64,000 nt of DNA, taken from the IMG/VR virus record IMGVR_UViG_3300042191_000068, positions 224-64,223 of that record. The stretch is one strand, 5' to 3'. The notes beneath the pieces are model-generated. The model was given only the letters and a program-made list of their open reading frames with translations, was not told where the DNA came from and did no database searches. The position numbers were made by a program, and so were the translations under genes. The stretch comes from a virus. Its lineage: Duplodnaviria; Caudoviricetes. Each line of letters begins with the position of its first letter. The stretch's first letter is position 1. Shown piece by piece: positions 1-7,980 of this stretch.

Positions 1-301
1 CCTTCGACCCTCCCATAATCCGACGCAGCGCCTCCTGATCAAGATCAGTGAGCGAGGTCCTTACGGCGCACATTCCGCAACCGATATCTACGCCAACAGC
101 GTTCGGAACAACGACACCTTGAGTCGCCATTACGCCACCTATAGGCATCCCGTAGCCTTGGTGAGCGTCCGGCATAATAGCGATGTGCTTGAAGATGAAC
201 GGAAGGTTCGCAAGGTTTCTAGCCTGCGCAAGTGCCCCTGGCTCGATGTCGTTAAGCCACAACTTAATAGGTACTCGGTCGGTAGCAATGATCTGTTTCG
301 T
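1..301 (-). CDS. rtcB: RtcB RNA ligase, N-terminal ~100 codons (runs off the window start; absent from the ORF track)
   Basis: Manual translation: (ACG)KQIIATDRVPIKLWLNDIEPGALAQARNLANLPFIFKHIAIMPDAHQGYGMPIGGVMATQGVVVPNAVGVDIGCGMCAVRT. It carries the MPDAH and VGVDIGCG RtcB motifs. SD AAGGAG lies 6 nt upstream of ACG at 301-299. Confidence 0.93.
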
Positions 302-325
302 GTTGCTCTCCTTGTGTATTTTTAA

Positions 326-402
326 TGGTCTGCGTGGCAGGATTCGAACCTGCGACTCCCTGGGTCCAAGCCAGGTACTCTACCAGACTGAGCTACACGC
401 AG
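326..402 (-). tRNA. tRNA-Pro(TGG)
   Basis: Canonical 77-nt cloverleaf: acceptor CTGCGTG/CACGCAG, anticodon arm CCTGG-CTTGGAC-CCAGG, T-loop GGTTCGAATCC, encoded CCA. Confidence 0.96.
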
Positions 403-412
403 TTAAAAAGAA

Positions 413-506
413 GTGAGGCCGACTCCCTGACGAGCGGGTGGTCGTTATGGGATCTACTCAGGTTTCCCTGAAGGCATTTTTCCAGCCTGCCGACTCCTCG
501 CCTCAC
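413..506 (-). ncRNA. Candidate multibranch structured RNA upstream of tRNA-Pro
   Basis: Closing stem GTGAGGC/GCCTCAC; hairpins GGCA-(11 nt)-TGCC, TCAGG-GAAA-CCTGA (GNRA loop) and CCC..CGA-CCACCCGC-TCG..GGG. It lies between a promoter and the tRNA. Confidence 0.6.
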
Positions 507-520
507 TTCTCATTTTCTTA

Positions 521-549
521 ATTGTAACCTGATTGACATTAAGAGTCAA
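521..549 (-). promoter_or_regulatory. Sigma70-type promoter for the ncRNA/tRNA-Pro/rtcB unit
   Basis: TTGACT-17 nt-TACAAT on the minus strand; near-identical copy at 57082-57110. Confidence 0.8.
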
Positions 550-829
550 GGGTTTTTTGCGCGTCCGCAAGGACGAGCGGCTTTCCTTTCTTGTACTCAA
601 TTGCGCAGTCTTCAACAAGAAAATCGAAGACCTCCGCGTTCCGCCTTACCTGATAAACAAAATCAGAACTCACATATCCCGGTTTGAATAGTGCGTTCAT
701 CGCAGAAAGCAGTTCAGTTTTTGTCACTGGGCGGAAAGCGCACTCAAGGAGGGTCAGCATCATCGCCTCCCGGCTTGCGAATGGGTAGTATGATTTGAAC
801 TTCAGTATGTCGAATGGCCTCGGTTTCAT
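539..829 (-). CDS. Hypothetical protein (96 aa)
   Basis: ORF with strong SD AAGGAGG. Confidence 0.75.
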   Translation of the reverse strand: MKPRPFDILKFKSYYPFASREAMMLTLLECAFRPVTKTELLSAMNALFKPGYVSSDFVYQVRRNAEVFDFLVEDCAIEYKKGKPLVLADAQKTLDS

Positions 830-891
830 CGGTTTTCCTCCTTAGTTGTTCCACTTCTCCAAATCCATCAAATCTCCCCACGATGTGCCGA

Positions 892-3081
892 TCATTTATC
901 AACATCTCCATAACTGACAGCGTATCCTCCGCTCGACTTCAGCGGCAGGTCGGCGCACCATGCTGGCGCGGTTGCCATCTCAACTTTCATCATTTCCAGG
1001 CACTCTTCGGCGCGGTGCAGCGGGACGCAGGCTACGACTTCGTCATATGTCGAAGTAACAATCTGGTATGTTCCTTTCCTGTCCCGTAACCTCTGCGCTT
1101 TGAGCCACCTGTCGATGTTCAGCATCTGGTCGGTCAGCACGATCCTGGCGAGGGCCTGGATGATATTTTCAACGGCCTTGCCGCCGTAGATATACGACCA
1201 TTCCTTTTTCCGGAAATTAGAAAGATACCGAAACTCTCCGCTCTCGTTGCTCCGCAGTTTATGGTACCGTATCTTCATACCGTTCGGCAGCCGGAAACCT
1301 TCCTTGCATGTCGTCACCATCCCCCGCTTTCCTACTGGAATTTCTTCGCCCTGCTCTATCGCATGGAGCGCCTGTCCCGCTTCCTTCCAGAATGCAACGA
1401 TCGCTCCGTTACTCTCCCGGTATTTATCAACGATCTGCTTGACCGCTGCGCAGTGCCACAGATGCGCCTCCTCGCTTACGTTCAACGGCTTCAGGGCGAG
1501 GGCTTCGTCGCGCAGAAACGCACAGCCTTTCTTGTAGCTTCGCTGGTTGGAGAACACGTCAATATCAGCTCCGAGTTTCTCTGCAGCAGCCTGGTCAAAG
1601 AGAAGCGGAGGAGCGCCCATAAAACCGACGCGAAGGGACTCTTGGAATTTCCCCCAACCCATGCCGTAGCCGTTACCGAGCGTCGAGGACTTCCCAACAA
1701 GGCCCTCCAGCCAATGCGCCTCGCTTTTCCTGTCTACTTCATACCCGAATATCTTCGATGCCTGCCGGTTGTAAGGATCGCCGCCAGTCCCGAACAGGCT
1801 GAGAAGGTCTTCCTGTCCTGCCGCGTAAGCAAGCTTTCTGCACTCAATTTGCCCCTGATCTCTCACGCAGAGAACGTGCCCTCGCAGGGCGACAAGTGAC
1901 TTGCGTAGTGCTCCGGAAGTTGGGTCCCGAGGATCGACCCGATTAAGGTTCGTCGTATTCTGTTTGTCCCCCCCGGAGTCCCTGCCCGTCCTCGCACCGT
2001 AGTAGTTATGATACACCGGGAACCGCCCGCGCTTGCCGATCTTATAAAACCGCTTACTCCTGGTTTCCTTGATCGTGGACTTTACCCCGAGGCGGGCCTC
2101 AACTACTGCCTGAACCTGCGGGTCTGGATGGTCGAGCAGCATCTTAAACGCTTCGTCGCTTTTGCCGAAAGCGTAGGCCCATGGGTAGACATCCTTCTCG
2201 GCTTTCAGCCGCACTCGCTCGGAGATCATCTCGCCCTTTGCGAGAAAAAGCCCGGTGCCAACCGGGAGCTTAAAGGACGGGAGTATCCCACTCGGGGCTT
2301 CGCCCGCGCTGTCCGGGTCCACCCTGCCGTCCTTTACTTTCGACGGGCTGAGTTTCTTCGGTGGGTCTACTCCGAGAGTCAGAAGCAGCTCCGCGAACTT
2401 GTCGCCGGAGGCGAGTACCGTTTTGTCCGTGTTGCACGCCTTGAGCAACGCCCGCTTGCTGCGCCGCTCCCGCTTATACTCGTCGATGAGGACACCACGT
2501 TCTACTTCGAGCGCAGGCTCGGTGAAGAGACGGACTGTAAGATCAATCAGCCGTAACTCCGAAGGAGGAAAGTGTCCCTTTAAAGCGTCGAAAACGTCGG
2601 AAGTGAGTTCGACATCGTTCGTACAGTACCCGCCCATGATCCTCTGCTCGTCGTCTGTCAGTTTCCATTTCCCCTGGAAGTGAACAAGCTCGGTGCCCTT
2701 CTCCCCGACGCTCAGGAGCTTCGCAACGTTCGCTAGACTGGAAGACTCGTGCGGGAAGATGGCCCTTGCCATGGACAGCGTACAGCCCCAAAATGCGGGC
2801 TTAATTCCACACCGCCAAGAGAGTATGGCTCCATCAAAATGCGTGTGATGGCAGATCACGTAGGACTTGCGCCACGGGTGTTCCTTCAGGAACGCTACGA
2901 GGTCGGCGGGTTTGTAAAGATAGAACGCTTTCTCCTTGCCAATCTTGACCCCGAGGCCGTGGGCTTTGAACTTCGGGTGTCGGACGTACTCTTCCGTCGT
3001 CATCTTGGACAGGGTGATGTTTTCGCCAGTGGCGGGGTGTTTGCCATAGGCCGACTCCCAGTCGAGTACAACTCTTATCAT
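892..3081 (-). CDS. polA: DNA polymerase, family A, with 3'-5' exonuclease domain
   Basis: Exo I motif VLDWES, motif A DQGQIECR, motif B KSSTLGNGYG, motif C TYDEV. Start placed at ATG 3081 after SD GGAG. Confidence 0.95.
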   Translation of the reverse strand: MIRVVLDWESAYGKHPATGENITLSKMTTEEYVRHPKFKAHGLGVKIGKEKAFYLYKPADLVAFLKEHPWRKSYVICHHTHFDGAILSWRCGIKPAFWGCTLSMARAIFPHESSSLANVAKLLSVGEKGTELVHFQGKWKLTDDEQRIMGGYCTNDVELTSDVFDALKGHFPPSELRLIDLTVRLFTEPALEVERGVLIDEYKRERRSKRALLKACNTDKTVLASGDKFAELLLTLGVDPPKKLSPSKVKDGRVDPDSAGEAPSGILPSFKLPVGTGLFLAKGEMISERVRLKAEKDVYPWAYAFGKSDEAFKMLLDHPDPQVQAVVEARLGVKSTIKETRSKRFYKIGKRGRFPVYHNYYGARTGRDSGGDKQNTTNLNRVDPRDPTSGALRKSLVALRGHVLCVRDQGQIECRKLAYAAGQEDLLSLFGTGGDPYNRQASKIFGYEVDRKSEAHWLEGLVGKSSTLGNGYGMGWGKFQESLRVGFMGAPPLLFDQAAAEKLGADIDVFSNQRSYKKGCAFLRDEALALKPLNVSEEAHLWHCAAVKQIVDKYRESNGAIVAFWKEAGQALHAIEQGEEIPVGKRGMVTTCKEGFRLPNGMKIRYHKLRSNESGEFRYLSNFRKKEWSYIYGGKAVENIIQALARIVLTDQMLNIDRWLKAQRLRDRKGTYQIVTSTYDEVVACVPLHRAEECLEMMKVEMATAPAWCADLPLKSSGGYAVSYGDVDK

Positions 3082-3413
3082 ACGTCCTCTCCTTGGTAAT
3101 CCAATAACTGCTCGACTGTCAAGCCCCTCTCGCACAACAAGTTTTTACCGGTCTCCGCTCGGGAGGGTCCTCGAAGCCTCCTAAGCGTGATGTCTTTGTT
3201 CCACCACCATTCCGAAACAGGTAAGTATGGAGGCTTGTACACGAAGTTTGAGCACTCGTCGAACCAAACGCTTGTTGCCTCCTGCTTCGCTTCTTGCTCT
3301 TGGCAGAACTCCTCTTGCGTTTTACGAACTACTTCATAGTTGTAAATCTCCGCCAACTCCTTGAGCATCTCCAGTTGCCGATTTGACGGCTCGCCGATTA
3401 CCAGAATCTTCAT
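3078..3413 (-). CDS. Hypothetical protein (111 aa)
   Basis: ATGA-coupled to both neighbours. Confidence 0.7.
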   Translation of the reverse strand: MKILVIGEPSNRQLEMLKELAEIYNYEVVRKTQEEFCQEQEAKQEATSVWFDECSNFVYKPPYLPVSEWWWNKDITLRRLRGPSRAETGKNLLCERGLTVEQLLDYQGEDV

Positions 3414-3649
3414 ACTTGAGCCTCTCCGAGGCTCCGCCATGCAGCATTCCCATTGGTAAAGGTGAAACCTTTCACCTTCGTAAAGGGTCCACGATCTCCG
3501 GCTTTTAACCTCTGGTAGAGGTTGCTCGGCCTGGCGTAGCCGCAGTATGCGGCGATCTGCCGCGCGGACCGCTCGACTCCGTCGGAGCAGAGGTAGAACG
3601 TGGTCCAGTGGCTGCCGACTTTTCTTACTTCGGATGAAATTATTTTCAT
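3410..3649 (-). CDS. Hypothetical protein, possibly a small DNA-binding domain (79 aa)
   Basis: SD AAGGAGGAG; ATGA overlap. Confidence 0.7.
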   Translation of the reverse strand: MKIISSEVRKVGSHWTTFYLCSDGVERSARQIAAYCGYARPSNLYQRLKAGDRGPFTKVKGFTFTNGNAAWRSLGEAQV

Positions 3650-3831
3650 TTCTCCTCCTTCGTTCGTCCTACGAACGCGATAAGCTTTGCAAGCTTCCTC
3701 CGGTAAACTGGGAGGGGTGTGAACTCCCCGCGTTCCCACCTCCCCCATGTGAGTTTCGTCACTCCGACAAGTGCGGCCATTTCGGCCTGGGTCCGGTGGA
3801 GCTTGGACCGAAGGTCCTTTAGGTCGTTCAT
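3646..3831 (-). CDS. XRE-family HTH protein (61 aa)
   Basis: LRSKLHRTQAEMAALVGVTKLTWGRWERG is a classic XRE HTH pattern. Confidence 0.85.
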   Translation of the reverse strand: MNDLKDLRSKLHRTQAEMAALVGVTKLTWGRWERGEFTPLPVYRRKLAKLIAFVGRTKEEK

Positions 3832-4166
3832 ACCTCCCCTTCCCCTTTGCAAACAAGGCATTCGCCCCAACTCTCCGGCAACCCTGCCGCAGCAACTATC
3901 TTTCTTACTGCGGCCCATTTGTCGCAGGCGTCGTGCCCTAAAGACATCGGAGGTCTGCCAGCCAGCCCCGATGTAAGGGCAACCATGTCTCTGCCGCACA
4001 CTTTACCCGCTGAATTGTAGATCGGCATATCGTAAAAATATGGGTGGCACTTCTCACGGAAGGCATCTGATCCTGACAGCATCAATAACGAGACTAAGTC
4101 TTCCAATCTCTGCCGTGCTATCGTCGATCCGGTGCCGCTACACGCGGCGCATACTTTTTTGCTCAT
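3828..4166 (-). CDS. Zn-binding protein with terminal CxxCxGxG motifs (112 aa)
   Basis: CAACSGTG at the N-terminus and CLVCKGEG at the C-terminus (DnaJ-type zinc motifs). Confidence 0.7.
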   Translation of the reverse strand: MSKKVCAACSGTGSTIARQRLEDLVSLLMLSGSDAFREKCHPYFYDMPIYNSAGKVCGRDMVALTSGLAGRPPMSLGHDACDKWAAVRKIVAAAGLPESWGECLVCKGEGEV

Positions 4167-4179
4167 TGGGTAGCTCCTT

Positions 4180-4455
4180 TTAGGAGAGTTCGAGGAGATA
4201 TTTTTCTCCTGGGTAGAGTTCTCGGACCTTAATACGACATTCTGTAGTTGTCCACGCTGCTGACGGATGCGGATCTGTAATGTCGATAACTTCAAAATGC
4301 CAATCTGCTGCGGTCCGCATAACAACATGCCCATCGTATTCTCCACCTAAAGTCTTTCTGTCTGCTACGACACAGACCTCCAGAGGCTTCATGTCGTTCA
4401 TAAACTTAGTTTTTGCCTGCGGCGCCGACGTGCCTTCGCGAATAAGCTTAATCAT
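4180..4455 (-). CDS. Hypothetical protein (91 aa)
   Basis: ORF with SD, within the operon. Confidence 0.7.
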   Translation of the reverse strand: MIKLIREGTSAPQAKTKFMNDMKPLEVCVVADRKTLGGEYDGHVVMRTAADWHFEVIDITDPHPSAAWTTTECRIKVRELYPGEKYLLELS

Positions 4456-4651
4456 TGGCTCCCTCCTTCAAAAAGTTTGTTCTGGCCCTCTTGAGCGCCT
4501 TAATCTGCGCCTTTCCCTTCGGCTGGCCGACTTTGTCGGGCCTGATCGCTTGTCCTTTGCTTGCGGGCCAGACTGCGTTTTTCCGTCTCTGGGAGATTTT
4601 GGCCTGGTGTTGTTCGAGCTTGTAAGGTTGGTTTAGTTTGTATGTGGTCAT
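4448..4651 (-). CDS. Small basic hypothetical protein (67 aa)
   Basis: SD GGAG upstream of ATG 4651. Confidence 0.55.
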   Translation of the reverse strand: MTTYKLNQPYKLEQHQAKISQRRKNAVWPASKGQAIRPDKVGQPKGKAQIKALKRARTNFLKEGAND

Positions 4652-4662
4652 CTGTTCTCCTA

Positions 4663-4983
4663 TTATATCCCGTACTTTGCCTTGAGTTTTTCCAGTTGGC
4701 AAAGTTCTTGGTTCTCGATAAAAGCGCGTTGGGCGTCCTCTTTTTTAAGTCTGGCAGCCTCCTCAGCATCAGTTTCAAGCCGGGTGTAGCTGATCTTCAC
4801 CTGTAGTTCGGTGCTGTCGTAACACATCGATGTGAAGCATCTTATCAGACCTGTATCCCTGTATTCTTCCGGGATCTCCTCGATTTTATCCCTCCACCAC
4901 TTCATGAACTCGTCTGTCTTTTCCGGCAGACTATATTCACATGAGTCGTCTTCGAAAACGACGACTTCTACAGTCTTTTTCAT
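4663..4983 (-). CDS. Hypothetical protein (106 aa)
   Basis: SD GGAGGAAAG; ATGA overlap. Confidence 0.75.
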   Translation of the reverse strand: MKKTVEVVVFEDDSCEYSLPEKTDEFMKWWRDKIEEIPEEYRDTGLIRCFTSMCYDSTELQVKISYTRLETDAEEAARLKKEDAQRAFIENQELCQLEKLKAKYGI

Positions 4984-5189
4984 GGTCTTTCCTCCCTCTG
5001 CGCTTTCAGCGCATCCGCTATGCGGAGATTCATCTCCTTGTGGAAAAACTCACTCTCGAAATAATGCCGGTACGGCCCGAGCCGTCCGTTCTCCCGATCT
5101 TCGTACTCCTTGCCGAGCAAGGCTACGCGCTGCTGCGCCGCACGGAGAGCGGCAGGGATCAGGGAATTTCTTAATTGTTCGTAGGTCAT
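4980..5189 (-). CDS. Hypothetical protein (69 aa)
   Basis: SD AAGGAG upstream of ATG 5189. Confidence 0.65.
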   Translation of the reverse strand: MTYEQLRNSLIPAALRAAQQRVALLGKEYEDRENGRLGPYRHYFESEFFHKEMNLRIADALKAQREERP

Positions 5190-5203
5190 GCTTTGTTTTC
5201 TCC

Positions 5204-5389
5204 TTATTTCGGCCCGGAGGCCAATATAAACCACAAGTTTAGGGCTGCAAGGGCGGCGAGAAATACGAGGAAAAGTTTCTCCCTCCAGGTGACGGGCTCG
5301 ACTGGGTACTCGGACCCATAGTAGTCCTCTTCCTCGCTCGTAGAGCGACAAGCGTCAGCCTGCGGAGCAGGCAATCGTTCCTCCTTCAT
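5204..5389 (-). CDS. Small membrane protein (61 aa)
   Basis: C-terminal hydrophobic helix LFLVFLAALAALNLWFILA. Confidence 0.7.
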   Translation of the reverse strand: MKEERLPAPQADACRSTSEEEDYYGSEYPVEPVTWREKLFLVFLAALAALNLWFILASGPK

Positions 5390-5643
5390 CCTTTCTCCTC
5401 CTCATAAGATTTTAATCTCCAGTTCTCGCACTCCCCGACAAGGGAGGCCGGGGTGAACACCTCCGGGTACGTCTCTTCGAGTCCTGATGTCTCGCAGGCG
5501 TGCGGCAGCTGCCGCGCCTTGCTCGCCGGAGCAGCATAAATATGCTGCTCCTTGAGGCGTATGCCTTTGGCCGGGTTCCGACAGGCGAACTTTTTGCGGC
5601 CTATCAGGACGTGATGCTCGCAGTATATGCATTTTCCGTTCAC
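5386..5643 (-). CDS. Cys-rich hypothetical protein (85 aa)
   Basis: GTG start after SD GGAGG; CIYCEH...C...C...C. Confidence 0.6.
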   Translation of the reverse strand: MNGKCIYCEHHVLIGRKKFACRNPAKGIRLKEQHIYAAPASKARQLPHACETSGLEETYPEVFTPASLVGECENWRLKSYEEEKG

Positions 5644-5654
5644 TTCGTGACCTC

Positions 5655-5987
5655 CTACTGCCCAAAGGCGCAAGTGTCTTGGCCCGGCTGTCCCGCCCCT
5701 CCTCCGCTGAGGCACTCGGAAAGGTCCTCAACTCGTACTAGCCCAGTCTGGGCGTCTGCCACGAGGCGATCAAACGCGGCGAAGTATCTTCGCCAACTGG
5801 ACCCAGTATACGACGCATATCTCATCGTCTTGCATACCGGCGACAACGGGCCGTTAAGGCATATGAGATACATGTCTTGGTCTTCCGCAGCTACAACGGT
5901 CGCACCAATGTCCCGCTCCACTGCTATCAGCAGAGCCCGGATCGTTCGCGCATCAAGTGTCACTAAGTCAAATTCTTGGTTTTCCAT
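5655..5987 (-). CDS. Hypothetical protein (110 aa)
   Basis: SD AAGGAG. Confidence 0.65.
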   Translation of the reverse strand: MENQEFDLVTLDARTIRALLIAVERDIGATVVAAEDQDMYLICLNGPLSPVCKTMRYASYTGSSWRRYFAAFDRLVADAQTGLVRVEDLSECLSGGGAGQPGQDTCAFGQ

Positions 5988-6011
5988 TTTTATCTCCTTG
6001 CGGCGGTTTCT

Positions 6012-6083
6012 TTACTCGTCCATGCCTGATCCGATAATGAGAAAAGCGGCGACGAGTATAAGTAATAGGATTGCTGTGAACAT
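6012..6083 (-). CDS. Single-TM micropeptide (23 aa)
   Basis: MFTAILLLILVAAFLIIGSGMDE; SD GGAGG upstream. Confidence 0.5.
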   Translation of the reverse strand: MFTAILLLILVAAFLIIGSGMDE

Positions 6084-6089
6084 CAGTGA

Positions 6090-6398
6090 TCACCCCTCCT
6101 CAACTACAAAATTCTGTGCAACCGTTTCGGCGTCGATGTCGTGCCGCTCGCACCACCGCAGGGCTTCGTCCGTAGTCATGACGATAATGCCCTCGCCGCC
6201 TCCGGTCAGGTTGCCGCAAGCCCTCGCCCATCTGGACATCGGCCCGCCTTCGCCGGCGACGAAGAACGCACCCTTCTTGGTTTTATACAGTGTTTCGTCG
6301 CAGTGCCCGAAATCTCTCCGGCCCAGATTGTTCGATCACTCTGCAATGAATTCTGCGGTCTCTGTGTTGTAGGTTTTCCCGTCGATCACTTTTTTCAT
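6090..6398 (-). CDS. Phage early protein with in-frame TGA at codon 21 (recoded or pseudogene)
   Basis: MKKVIDGKTYNTETAEFIAE*SNNLGRRDFGHCDETLYKTKKGAFFVAGEGGPMSRWA...; strong SD AGGAGG; the frame stays open for 81 codons after the TGA (6338-6336). Confidence 0.8.
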
Positions 6399-6399
6399 T

Positions 6400-6612
6400 T
6401 TACTCCTCCTTTAGTTTTTCCTTTTGCGCTTTGCGCAACTCCCGGCCCAGGCCGATTAACGCGTACCGCATGTATACGGGCAGCGGTGACGCTCCCGTCT
6501 CCCACCGACACCACGACACTCGGGTTACACCGAGCAGCGAAGCTGCACTGGCTTGGCTTAGGCCGAAGTGTCGGCGGAAAGCACGTAAGTGCTTGGGAGT
6601 CATGTTTTGCAT
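6400..6612 (-). CDS. XRE-family HTH protein (70 aa)
   Basis: FRRHFGLSQASAASLLGVTRVSWCRWETG. Confidence 0.85.
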   Translation of the reverse strand: MQNMTPKHLRAFRRHFGLSQASAASLLGVTRVSWCRWETGASPLPVYMRYALIGLGRELRKAQKEKLKEE

Positions 6613-6634
6613 GTCATCTTTATTCCTCCCCCGA

Positions 6635-6901
6635 CTACTTGTTCAGGTCTATAAGCTCAATTTCGCCGCTTTCAATCTTCGCCTCAATCTCTTTTGTGGT
6701 CATCCGCAGAAAGATGTTGCGATATTTCGAAGTCGTCTTAGAGTAGTCCCACTTGTCGGCGTCGAGCTGGATCTTACCTTTATAAGGGCGAAACGCTACG
6801 ACAGTGGCGTACGATTGGAAGTAGACGCCTTCGTCGGTGTAGATTTCAAACTGATTGGCAATAGTGGTTCCTCTTGATGACTGCATATTTTGGACTTTCA
6901 T
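6635..6901 (-). CDS. Phage early hypothetical protein (88 aa)
   Basis: ANQFEI...YFQSY...WDYSKTTSKYRNIFL resembles a recurring phage early-gene family (recalled, not searched). Confidence 0.75.
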   Translation of the reverse strand: MKVQNMQSSRGTTIANQFEIYTDEGVYFQSYATVVAFRPYKGKIQLDADKWDYSKTTSKYRNIFLRMTTKEIEAKIESGEIELIDLNK

Positions 6902-7515
6902 TCTTCCCCCTCTTGGCCTTCGGCCGGATTTAATTTTCTTAATGTGTAAAGCACATAGGGAGGGATTTTTCTTCCTCCTGATTCCCACTGATACAACGCT
7001 GAAGACGAGATATTCAGTCTATCCGCAAGCCCCGACTTGCTCAGCTTCATCTTTGCTCGGATGGCTCGGAGATGCGCCGGAGTTACTACAGGCTCAGGCG
7101 TTCCATACGGTGGGATACTCATTTTCTCCGCCCAATCCAAAGCGCACCACTCGATCTGTGCAGGCACGGTCTCAGACCGCCCGGCCTCTGCGTTCTGCCA
7201 CGAGATAACAGAGACATTGGCTTGCCTGGCAAGATACTCAATACTGAGCCCTGTGCGTTGCCTGATCCATCGCAACTCGTTCCAGAACATGTGTCCAAGA
7301 TAAACGAGGCGCACACCCATTTCGGCGGCTCTAGCCTTCGCCTCTTCTTCAGTCTGCACAGGCGTAGGGAGGTAATCCAGGTTTTGTCGGTCCACTACCC
7401 GCCAGTAGACAACCTCCTTCAGGCAAGGAACCTCTGGACACTTCCAGCCTGGCCGCCTGCATTGATGATCCCTGTTACATGCTCTCGTGTCCTTAATAAT
7501 CCGTCCAGTCTTCAC
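6898..7515 (-). CDS. Protein with two XRE-type HTH domains (205 aa)
   Basis: RQRTGLSIEYLARQANVSVISWQNAEAG and RAKMKLSKSGLADRLNISSSALYQWESG. Confidence 0.8.
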   Translation of the reverse strand: MKTGRIIKDTRACNRDHQCRRPGWKCPEVPCLKEVVYWRVVDRQNLDYLPTPVQTEEEAKARAAEMGVRLVYLGHMFWNELRWIRQRTGLSIEYLARQANVSVISWQNAEAGRSETVPAQIEWCALDWAEKMSIPPYGTPEPVVTPAHLRAIRAKMKLSKSGLADRLNISSSALYQWESGGRKIPPYVLYTLRKLNPAEGQEGEE

Positions 7516-7548
7516 TATTCCCCCCTCCTCCTTTATTGGTATATCTCA

Positions 7549-7576
7549 ATCGTACTAAATACAGGTAAGAAGTCAA
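7549..7576 (-). promoter_or_regulatory. Sigma70-type promoter
   Basis: TTGACT-16 nt-TACGAT upstream of the double-HTH gene. Confidence 0.55.
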
Positions 7577-7980
7577 GGAAAAAGTATCATGTAGACGCTG
7601 ATTCTTAGTAAGTAATTGATTTTACCAAGTTACCTATTTAAGAGATTGATTTATTATATGTTTTGTATGGTTTTTGGAGAGCAGACCCAGATTTGTTCAA
7701 ATTATTGGTTTGTGTAATTCTGGGGTTTGGGTCTACTCTATCCAGTGTGGAGCGGTTTTTACACAAACCAATAAAGTGCATAGGAACTCTATCTCTCTAT
7801 ATATACTACTATATATATATCAATAATCCCTACGGTGGTTATTCAACAATTTCAAGCACTTCCACCTGGCGGCTTTTCCAGCCCGCCGCGTCAGCAGGTA
7901 TCAAACTCCCTCCAAACTGACAAAAACACCAAAAAAAGTTCAATGATTTCAAAATCGCATTTAAGCAAACCCTTACGCTA

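Noticed and set aside
413-506. HDV-like/theta ribozyme (CTCCTCGC on the plus strand), or a tRNA-Sec/opal-suppressor tRNA
   Set aside because: The P1.1 GG, P4 and J4/2 elements do not follow the putative P1; there is no T-loop, UCA anticodon arm or CCA; the orientation does not fit tRNA 3' processing.
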